Assembly: GCA_963830365.1 (NCBI GenBank)
Contig: CAWHMU010000045.1
Location: 64,001-128,000 of the forward strand
Reading direction: 5' to 3'
DNA length: 64,000 nt
Origin: an uncultured Chlamydiae bacterium
GTDB taxonomy: Bacteria > Chlamydiota > Chlamydiia > Chlamydiales > Parachlamydiaceae
Positions 11,491-19,663 of this stretch are shown here, piece by piece. The notes under the pieces were generated by a model. The model was not told the origin of the DNA. It did not search any database and saw nothing but the letters and a program-made list of their open reading frames with translations. The translations under genes and the position numbers were made by a program. Numbering within the stretch: position 1 is the stretch's first letter; each line of letters begins with the position of its first letter.

Positions 11491-11814
11491 ATGACCAAAG
11501 GAAAACCGAATCCCAACTGGAAAAAATTAGTCCACGAATGGAGAGACAGCGGAAAAAGCGCGTGCGTTTGGTGCCAAGAACAACAAATTCCCATGAACAC
11601 TCTGTCCGGCTGGAAAAAGCGTCTTAAACGATTGGAAGGCGATAGCGATGGCAAAGGATTCCAAAAGCCTTTTGTTGAGTTGAAGAATTTACGCCCCCTT
11701 GTAGATTCTGGAGTTCTCCTAGAGATTGATGGAGTGAGTATTCGCTTGCAAGTTGATTTTGATGAGACGGTTTTTAGACAATGTTTGGATTGCTTGAGAG
11801 GAGGTAGATCATGA
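11491..11814 (+). CDS. tnpA: IS66 accessory protein TnpA
   Basis: Identical translation to 8752-9075. Confidence 0.9.
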   Translation: MTKGKPNPNWKKLVHEWRDSGKSACVWCQEQQIPMNTLSGWKKRLKRLEGDSDGKGFQKPFVELKNLRPLVDSGVLLEIDGVSIRLQVDFDETVFRQCLDCLRGGRS

Positions 11815-12143
11815 TAGCCCTCTCAGGTAGCGCCCGTATCTTCTTTTTCAAACAGCCGATCGATATGAGAAAAGGCATAGAAAAATTGTCTCAGCTTGTC
11901 GAATCCTGCTGCTCCGGAGAGTTGATGAGCGGTGCTTATTTTGTTTTCGTCAATCAGACGAAGGATAGGATGAAGGTCTTGTACTGGGATAACGATGGGT
12001 TCGCTATTTGGTGGAAACGCCTTGAAAAAGGAAGCTTCCATCTTCTTGGAATCGATAGATTTCTCATCGATCGCAAGGAATTTTTCATGCTCTTGGAAGG
12101 GATCACTCCAAAGAAAATCCAAAGCCGTTTTAGCGTGCGCTAA
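11811..12143 (+). CDS. tnpB: IS66 accessory protein TnpB
   Basis: Identical translation to 9072-9404. Confidence 0.95.
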   Translation: MIALSGSARIFFFKQPIDMRKGIEKLSQLVESCCSGELMSGAYFVFVNQTKDRMKVLYWDNDGFAIWWKRLEKGSFHLLGIDRFLIDRKEFFMLLEGITPKKIQSRFSVR

Positions 12144-12204
12144 AACAGCGTTTTCCTGATTTTTTTTCTTGGAAACTTTTCTGTTTTTTGGTATATTTTT
12201 GCAT

Positions 12205-13737
12205 ATGAAAACAGCGGAAATATCACTAGAACAGCCCTTGCAAGAAGTCGAAATCTTAAAGAAAGAAATCGCCTTTCTAAACGAGCAAATTGCTTGGTTT
12301 AAGCGACAACTGTTCGGTCAAAAATCCGAGAAACTGGTCGATGCGCAAAACTCTGAACAACTCTCCTTCGAGGGTTTGGAAGAACCTTCCTCCGCTGAAG
12401 AAAAAAAACGGCTCGTCCCCGCTCATCATCGTTCCATTAACAAGACCAAAGGCAAGGACAAAATCGTTCTGCCGGAAGATCTGCCTATAGAAAAGCAGAT
12501 TCTCGACTTGCCAGAATCTGAAAAGATTTGCCCTGAAACTGGTAAACCTTTAGTGAAGATTGGCGAAGAAATTACATCCAAGCTGGCTCACAAACCGGGC
12601 AGCTATTACATCAAACAAATCGTCAGATCTAAGTATGGCCTTCCTGAAGGCGAAGGCGTTGTGACTCCTGAATTGCCTGCAAGTCTTTTAGATCGCTGTC
12701 TTGCTGACGACAGCCTACTTGCCGACATTGCAGTCAAAAAATTCGCAGACCATCTTCCCATCTATCGTCAAGCTGAAATCATGTCCCGTCAGGGCATTTT
12801 TATTAGCAGACAAGTTCTTTGTCAGTGGGTGACCCGTGCCGGAAAGGCCTTAAAACCTCTCTATAACGAGATGTTGGATAGAGTGTTAAGAAGTGGTAAC
12901 GTTTTCTATGATGAGACTCCTATTGCTATGCTAGAGCCCGGTAGAGGAAAGACCCGTCAAGCTTACATGTGGGTCTTAGTAGGGGGAAACTCGGCAGCGC
13001 CTTCCTATCGAATCTATGATTTTTGCAATAGTCGAGCTCATGATAATGCTGTAAGGCTATTAAATGGCTATGACAAAGTGCTTCATTCCGACAAATATGG
13101 AGCTTATGAAGCATTGGCCAACAAGAAGCAATTCACCTGGTGTCCATGCTGGGCGCACATCAGGAGGAAATTTATCGAAGCAGAAGTGGGCGATCTTAAG
13201 TTTCGAAACTGGGTTTTGATGAAGATTAGGCATCTTTTCATGCTTGAAAGAGTCGCATGGGCGCGATCGGAAAAGGAGCGGCTTCAAATTCGTCAAGAAA
13301 AAGCAGTTCCCATAATCGATGCTCTTATTGCGGCGATCAAAGGCAAGTTAGTTGACGGAAATATTCTACCCAAATCCAAATTTAAAACAGCACTAGGGTA
13401 TTTCTGCGGTTTGATTCCCTACTTGAAGAATTACACTCTGCATGCATTTGCCAGAATGGATAATAACGTGGCTGAGCGCGCTGTGCGCCCCCTCGCAATT
13501 GGTCGCAAAAACTGGCTTTTTGTGGGCAATGAGGACGGCGGCGAATCTGCGGCAGTGTTCTACTCTCTGATTCAGACCTGCCGTGCGCTCAAAATTAATC
13601 CGAGAGACTATCTTGAATATGTGATGATGCGGTTGAACGGTCATCCTGCTTCAAAGCTTCACGAGCTCTTACCGGATAACTGGGCAGAAGCGCGCGCTTC
13701 GTTCGCTCAAATCGCCAAAGAGCCAGCCTTCCAATAA
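12205..13737 (+). CDS. tnpC: IS66 DDE transposase TnpC
   Basis: Identical translation to copy 1. Confidence 0.97.
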   Translation: MKTAEISLEQPLQEVEILKKEIAFLNEQIAWFKRQLFGQKSEKLVDAQNSEQLSFEGLEEPSSAEEKKRLVPAHHRSINKTKGKDKIVLPEDLPIEKQILDLPESEKICPETGKPLVKIGEEITSKLAHKPGSYYIKQIVRSKYGLPEGEGVVTPELPASLLDRCLADDSLLADIAVKKFADHLPIYRQAEIMSRQGIFISRQVLCQWVTRAGKALKPLYNEMLDRVLRSGNVFYDETPIAMLEPGRGKTRQAYMWVLVGGNSAAPSYRIYDFCNSRAHDNAVRLLNGYDKVLHSDKYGAYEALANKKQFTWCPCWAHIRRKFIEAEVGDLKFRNWVLMKIRHLFMLERVAWARSEKERLQIRQEKAVPIIDALIAAIKGKLVDGNILPKSKFKTALGYFCGLIPYLKNYTLHAFARMDNNVAERAVRPLAIGRKNWLFVGNEDGGESAAVFYSLIQTCRALKINPRDYLEYVMMRLNGHPASKLHELLPDNWAEARASFAQIAKEPAFQ

Positions 13738-13771
13738 TTATCACTTCAGGCTACATGGCCTTAATTGACGC

Positions 13772-15505
13772 TTACTCTTCTGGTTTACTCTGCATCCAAT
13801 TGGTATTCTTTTGACCATGAGGTTCTTTTTGATCTTCTTCTTGACTAAACCAGCTGACCGTATTCGCATTATGAGGTAAATTTTGCATTTGCCCCCCCCT
13901 CATATTTTGCATATTAGGAGTCATCGATCCCATATTAGGCTCCATTCCACGAGGATTCATTGTATGCATGTTATGATCGTGCTGTTTCATCGGGTGCATA
14001 TTTTTTACATTGTCAACAGATTCAGCGACGGTTCCAGGAGGATGCTGGTACCAGCCCGGATCGGCATAACTGGTTAAATTATCCCTTACTTTGAAAATAG
14101 TGAACATGCCACCCATTTCAATTACTCCAAAGGGTCCAGGACTACCAATAGGTGATAGATTTGACGGGTATTTCATTTTGAGTCCCATATCCATCATCTC
14201 ATTAGATCCGTACATTTCAAACATATCTCCCATTCCATTGATATTCATTAAGCCCATAAAGCCTGGAAAAAATTGTTTAATTCGCTCTTCAATTCCTTGC
14301 TTGTTTATGCCTGTTAAATTTGGAAGATTATGCTGCATTTGATTCATTACATGATGCGATTTATGGCAATGAATGGCCCAATCTCCTGGATTATCGGCTA
14401 TGAGTTCAATATCCCTTGTTTCTCCAGGAGCAACAAGCACTGTAACTTCGCTATATTGTGCTGCAGGAGGAAGTCTTTTACCCCCTCTTCTTGTCACCAA
14501 AAATTCATGCCCGTGTAAATGAATTGGATGGGTGTTCATCATGACATTTCCAAAACGAATACGTACACGATCCCCTGTTTTCACGACTAATGACTCAATA
14601 CTTGGATATAGAACACTGTTGAAAGTAAAGATATTAAAATCGAGCATTTCAGATGGAATAGGAGTTTCAGCACCCATGGGAACACGCCATTCGTGTAAAA
14701 AGATAGCAAAGTCACGATCAATTTTTGGATCATCCCCATCTCGTGGATGGATGATGAAAAAACCCTCCATGCCAAGTGCTATTTGAAACATTTCATCTGA
14801 ATGAGGGTGGTACATAAATGTACCATTCTGCTTTAGAGTAAATTCATATTTGAAGGTTTCTCCTGGTGGGATGGCTTTTTGATTCAAGCCTGCTACTCCA
14901 TCCATGCCATTGGGTAAAATAATTCCATGCCAGTGAACGGATGTAGGTTCGTTAAGTTTATTCGTTACAAGAATTCTGACTCGATCTCCTTCAATAGCTT
15001 CAATCGTTGGGCCTGGACTTGATCCATTATAACCCCAACAATTAACCCAAAAACCTGGCGCAAACTCCCTTCGGATTGGCTCAGCGATAAGATGAAAGAC
15101 CTTTACATCACCATCCATTGTCCAAGGAAGAGAACCTACATTAGGAGTGATAACAGAAGGATATCTTAATGTACCTTTATCTGATTGATCTTCATTTTTA
15201 ACGCCCGCCTGACTTTTTTGTGTATCTTGCTTATTTTTTTCTATTTGATTTTTCTGCATCATTTGCTCATGATCTTGCATAAGCATTTTCTGCATTGAAG
15301 AGTCCATAGGCATATCCATTTGGTCATTCATATGCATATTTTGATTTTGCATCTTAGAATGGTCCATTCCTTGCATTGGTTCCATGACTGGCTGATTAGA
15401 TTTGTCCATCTTAGAATTAGGCGAATTAATATTATGATCCATCTGCCCATAGAGAGAGGAAATGAAAAGGAAGCCTAAGATAGTTAATTTAGAGTAGTTT
15501 TTCAT
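13772..15505 (-). CDS. Secreted two-domain-type multicopper oxidase with Met/His-rich extensions; C-terminal tail truncated by IS66
   Basis: Signal-peptide-like N-terminus; HWHG, MYHPH, HPIHLHGH and HCHKSHH copper motifs. Confidence 0.93.
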   Translation of the reverse strand: MKNYSKLTILGFLFISSLYGQMDHNINSPNSKMDKSNQPVMEPMQGMDHSKMQNQNMHMNDQMDMPMDSSMQKMLMQDHEQMMQKNQIEKNKQDTQKSQAGVKNEDQSDKGTLRYPSVITPNVGSLPWTMDGDVKVFHLIAEPIRREFAPGFWVNCWGYNGSSPGPTIEAIEGDRVRILVTNKLNEPTSVHWHGIILPNGMDGVAGLNQKAIPPGETFKYEFTLKQNGTFMYHPHSDEMFQIALGMEGFFIIHPRDGDDPKIDRDFAIFLHEWRVPMGAETPIPSEMLDFNIFTFNSVLYPSIESLVVKTGDRVRIRFGNVMMNTHPIHLHGHEFLVTRRGGKRLPPAAQYSEVTVLVAPGETRDIELIADNPGDWAIHCHKSHHVMNQMQHNLPNLTGINKQGIEERIKQFFPGFMGLMNINGMGDMFEMYGSNEMMDMGLKMKYPSNLSPIGSPGPFGVIEMGGMFTIFKVRDNLTSYADPGWYQHPPGTVAESVDNVKNMHPMKQHDHNMHTMNPRGMEPNMGSMTPNMQNMRGGQMQNLPHNANTVSWFSQEEDQKEPHGQKNTNWMQSKPEE

Positions 15506-16917
15506 TCTGAGACTCCTTCACAAGGACATTCATAGGTATTATTTCCATAATCTAACTGGGAGAAAACTAGGTACAGTTTACCTCCTAAAGCTCGATCAAG
15601 TTGAACTCTTGACATCCAATAATTACGCAGGGACATAATATAATTACTGTAAGTTTTAAGTTCCTGTCGTTTGTTTTCTATAAGACGGTCAATCCCAAGC
15701 CCCATCACATTATAAAGCGCCTCTGAGTACTCTAAGATTTCACTCTGTAAAGGAATAATATGAGCTCGATAATCATTAATGATTCCTAAATTGTTCATTA
15801 GAAGCTTATGAGCTTCTCTTACTTCAGAAAGGATTTTAATTTCTAAAACAGCTAAGTGATCTTGGGCTTGTCGTAATTGTGCATGAATGCGCATACGATC
15901 AGCTTGTCCATAATTGAAGATTGGAATTTCGCCAGAGAATGCAGGACCGATTACGTTAGTTCCATCTGGATCTCTTTCTCCCCCAATACCAATGCTCCCT
16001 TGGGTGTAAACCCACCATTGTTTGATTCCTAACATGCGACTTAAGCGTAAGACATCAAGACGAGCGGCTTGTAGATCCAGCCTTTCTCTAAAGGCTACAG
16101 ATTCTAAACATTCGGTCGGTAGACCTTGATAATCGATCTCAGGTAAATTGGCTGCAATTTTCCATTGGATATCTCCGCAAAAACCAAGCAATCTAGTCAA
16201 TTTTTCTCTTAAGCGAATGATGTCATTTTGAATTCGTGCAATTTCCAGTTTAGCTTCTAAGTATCTAGATTGAATTTGCTGAAAGTCTAATTTGTTAACA
16301 TTGCCTACAGTCCGTTGCCTAGAGACAAGCTGGCTATGAATACTGGTTAGCTCGACAACAGATTGGATGTATATGATATCTTGCTGAGCAGCTTGTAGTT
16401 CATAGAAAGTCTGTTCTATTTCAAAAGCTAAATCTAGGATTTCATTAGTGACTCTCAGTGTTGTTTGCTCAAGCTCTGCTTTAGCAACCTTTACCCGGAG
16501 AGGAATAAGCAAAAGATCAATGAAACTTGAGGTGATCGTATATTCAATATTTGTTACCAAATCTTTTTTTTCTGGAAATCGAAAAATAAGATCAAAAGCT
16601 GGATTTGAGAAAAGTCCGGCTTCGACTAAATCAGCTTGTGCGATACCAATCTCTTCAAAAATTTCTTGGATTTTAGGGTTGTTTAGAAGAGCAATTTGAA
16701 CAGTTGCATCAGCAGTTAGTTCTTGCTGAAGAAGCATTTGAATTGCATTAGAAATGCGTTCATCTTCGTAACATCCTTGATTCCAATAGGTTTCCTTAGC
16801 GATTCTGCTATTGACAATCGATGAGACGCCATTATCATTCTCTTGCGGTACTCTTGTGCACCCAAAACAGAGAAGACAGAGGATGCTACATACACCAATG
16901 TTGCAAAAAACTAACAT
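15502..16917 (-). CDS. TolC-family outer-membrane protein (copper-resistance associated, lipoprotein-like)
   Basis: Lipobox-like CFGC; ALLNNP, AQADLVEAGLFSNP, IPIFNYGQ; translationally coupled to the oxidase. Confidence 0.88.
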   Translation of the reverse strand: MLVFCNIGVCSILCLLCFGCTRVPQENDNGVSSIVNSRIAKETYWNQGCYEDERISNAIQMLLQQELTADATVQIALLNNPKIQEIFEEIGIAQADLVEAGLFSNPAFDLIFRFPEKKDLVTNIEYTITSSFIDLLLIPLRVKVAKAELEQTTLRVTNEILDLAFEIEQTFYELQAAQQDIIYIQSVVELTSIHSQLVSRQRTVGNVNKLDFQQIQSRYLEAKLEIARIQNDIIRLREKLTRLLGFCGDIQWKIAANLPEIDYQGLPTECLESVAFRERLDLQAARLDVLRLSRMLGIKQWWVYTQGSIGIGGERDPDGTNVIGPAFSGEIPIFNYGQADRMRIHAQLRQAQDHLAVLEIKILSEVREAHKLLMNNLGIINDYRAHIIPLQSEILEYSEALYNVMGLGIDRLIENKRQELKTYSNYIMSLRNYWMSRVQLDRALGGKLYLVFSQLDYGNNTYECPCEGVSE

Positions 16918-16938
16918 TTGTAATCCCGAGTTAAATTT

Positions 16939-17190
16939 TTATTTCTTGCTTTTGGCTCTTTTGATTTTCCAGCTGACCATATTCATATCATGAGGAGATT
17001 TTTGCATAGTCATTCCATTCATATTGTGTTGCATAACGTTCATATTAACAGCTTCCGCAACTGTTCCAGGAGGATGCTGGTACCAACCTGGATCGGCATA
17101 GCTGGTTAAATTATCCCTTACTTTGAAAACGGTAAACATGCCACCCATTTCAATTACCCCAAAAGGGCCAGGCCCTACAGATAGGTAGCT
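16939..17190 (-). pseudogene. 3' remnant of a second multicopper oxidase gene
   Basis: GPGPFGVIEMGGMFTVFKVRDNLTSYADPGWYQHPPGTVAE nearly identical to the segment at ~14020-14140; in-frame stop just upstream. Confidence 0.8.
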
Positions 17191-17346
17191 TGCAGCTCTC
17201 CATTAAGCATTGATTCTCTTTACCTCTTCCTGACTAAGAGTTTTTTAAGTTCTTCCTGATGCAAAGTCGATTCTATAGTTGCAAACTGTTCCATAATGCC
17301 TTATTTCCTATTTACTTTTTGTAACTGTGGTTTTTTAAATAAAAAA

Positions 17347-18723
17347 GGTTCATCCGACAAATGCGTACCTCGACTCATGTAGGTGATAAAGTCGCAGTTT
17401 AAAATACTCGATATCTCGGAAGCCATATGCTTGTCTTTTCATCGTTTTAATCTTGTTATTGATGCCTTCCGCACTGGCGTTTGATATGCGGTGCTTGAAG
17501 TAATTCAAAAGCCCCGTCTTGTAATAGTTCAATGTTTTAACCACTCTCTTTAACGGCTTCAACCCTGTTGCCAAAGCATCGATGCCCCACTTGATCAAAA
17601 AATTTTCCGCCTCTTTAACAGAATCTTTTTCCCAAAAAAGTTGGAATTTTTCTTTTAAGGAATATGCTAAATACAAAGGCTCATTTACGGACAACAAAGT
17701 ATTCAGGCGCGTTTGGTTTTCCAGATCCAAATTGTCATAATTCGCCAAAAACAGAAACCGACTTCCTTTTAGTACTTTTGCATCACCTCACTCTAAATTT
17801 TGCTGTTGATCTTTTCTAACCTCATCTAGAGCCTTGTTCAATAAAGCAGTCACATGAAAATGATCGAATACCACATCTATGTTCGGCAAAAATTCTTGCG
17901 CTGCCGGGTAGTACGATTTACTCATGTCCATAGCGATTGCTTTCAGTTTGGTGCGTGCTTCGCCAGCTTCTTCAAAAACGGGCTACAGTCTCTACGGTTC
18001 TACCCTTCACAGCGTGAATGATTCTTCCCGACCGTAGATCGGTAAAAACGGTCATATATTCATGCCCTTTTCGTATGCTGAATTCATCAACAGTAATGTA
18101 TTCCAAATCTTCCAATGGGATTGTTTTATAGAGTGCTGTCAATTTCTCTTTATGAACTCTTTTGACGACATTCCAACTGATTTTTAAGAATCATGAAACA
18201 TCCAGAAGGGTACTGAAATGTAAAAGGTCCAACACGTGGGTTATCATTGAGCGCACCATTCGGAATTTACCTTTCATAAAGGGCAATTGAGGCCACCACT
18301 TGTTGGTACATTGAGGGCATTCTATTCGGTGTAATAGTACGTTCAAAAAGCAGGGTTTGCCACCAAGTGGTACCATTTTGAACAGCCGCCGTTTTTGTCC
18401 TTTGAAGATCGTACGTAGACATCCACATTTGCATTGAGGTGGGTCAATCATTTCAGCATAGATCGTAACAGTCCCCACCTCAAATTTTGTAGATTGGTAT
18501 TGAACTCCTCTGATTCCATATGCATGATACAAAAGAGAAGTAGACATAGAAGAAACCTCCTGTAAAAGGGTGTTTTCAAGCTTCTTTTATATCTCTGCTT
18601 CTTTTATTTCTATCCCACTTTCAAGATTTCCTATAGTTCACAACATGCTGATAATTAAGACTCGGAAAAATCTGAAGACTTAATGCTTTTACCTGCTAAA
18701 GGTCCTCATTTGTCGGATGAACC
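17347..18723 (-). mobile_element. ISL3-family element with broken transposase (fragments 18191-18547 and 17350-17748)
   Basis: 17-bp terminal IR GGTTCATCCGACAAATG at both ends; MSTSLLYHAYG start and SAEGINNKIKTMKRQAYGFRD motif; internal stops and frameshifts. Confidence 0.93.
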
Positions 18724-18883
18724 ACATTTTTTAATGTTTAAAGTAATTTTCTTTGATAAGCAAACATTTATTTGATAACCCTTAAGCTAATGGCTGTTAG
18801 GAACATTACCCCAGACAAGACAGCCATTTTTTTAATATACTTCATTTTTTATTTATTCTATATGAGATTAAAGGAGCAATTGC

Positions 18884-19663
18884 ATGAGCAATAATTCATC
18901 ACAGCGGATCCCTGTGATCGCAGCTAATTGGAAAATGCACAAGACCATTGAGGAAGCAGTGAGTTTTGTGCAGGCCTTGATCCCTTTAGTCCAGCATGCT
19001 CAAGCTAAAATCTATATTGCTGTTCCCTATACAGCACTTGCGTTTGCCGCTGATGCAGCCAAGGACTCTCCTATTGTGATAGGAGCAGAAAACATGAGTG
19101 ATGAAACAGAAGGCGCTTTCACCGGAGAAATTTCGGCCAGAATGTTGGAAAATGCAGGCGCAAAATTTGTTATCTTAGGCCATTCAGAAAGGCGCCACAT
19201 TTTTAACGAGACTAATGCTTTCATCCACCGCAAAGTCAAAAAAGCCATTTCTGAAAACATACAGATTATCTTCTGCCTCGGTGAAACAGGACAAGAGCGC
19301 AAAGCTAAAAAAACTGAAGAAGTACTCAATCAGCAATTGGAGGAATCCCTAGGTGATATTGCAGCCGAACAGATGGCTGCGATCATTCTAGCTTATGAAC
19401 CTGTCTGGGCCATTGGGTCGGGTCATTCAGCTCTTCCTGAAGAAGTTCAAGCGATACACCATTTTTGCCGTCAATGGGTGAAGAAAAAGTGGGGAGAAGA
19501 AACTGCTCGAAAAGTGATTATCCAGTATGGAGGTTCGGTGCATCCCAATGATGCAAAGGATTTTATGGAACTTGCCGATGTGGATGGTGTACTGGTAGGA
19601 GGCGCTTCACTCATAGTCGACTCGTTTAATAAAATCATTCATTATGCAAGTGTGGGAGACTAA
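18884..19663 (+). CDS. tpiA: Triosephosphate isomerase
   Basis: AANWKM, GAFTGEIS, ILGHSERR, AYEPVWAIG, YGGSV, GVLVGGAS. Confidence 0.98.
   Translation: MSNNSSQRIPVIAANWKMHKTIEEAVSFVQALIPLVQHAQAKIYIAVPYTALAFAADAAKDSPIVIGAENMSDETEGAFTGEISARMLENAGAKFVILGHSERRHIFNETNAFIHRKVKKAISENIQIIFCLGETGQERKAKKTEEVLNQQLEESLGDIAAEQMAAIILAYEPVWAIGSGHSALPEEVQAIHHFCRQWVKKKWGEETARKVIIQYGGSVHPNDAKDFMELADVDGVLVGGASLIVDSFNKIIHYASVGD

Larger units (their letters stand above)
11412..13775 (+). mobile_element. IS66-family element copy 2 (2364 bp; same proteins as copy 1)
   Basis: Same IRs; 8-bp TSD TCTTCTGG at 11404-11411 and 13776-13783. Confidence 0.98.

Noticed and set aside
8673..13775. Tandem IS66 as an assembly artefact
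   Set aside because: Each copy has its own distinct 8-bp TSD and interrupts a different reconstructable target
17339..18731. Target-site duplication for the ISL3 element
   Set aside because: The flanks ATAAAAAA and ACATTTTT do not match, so no TSD is claimed
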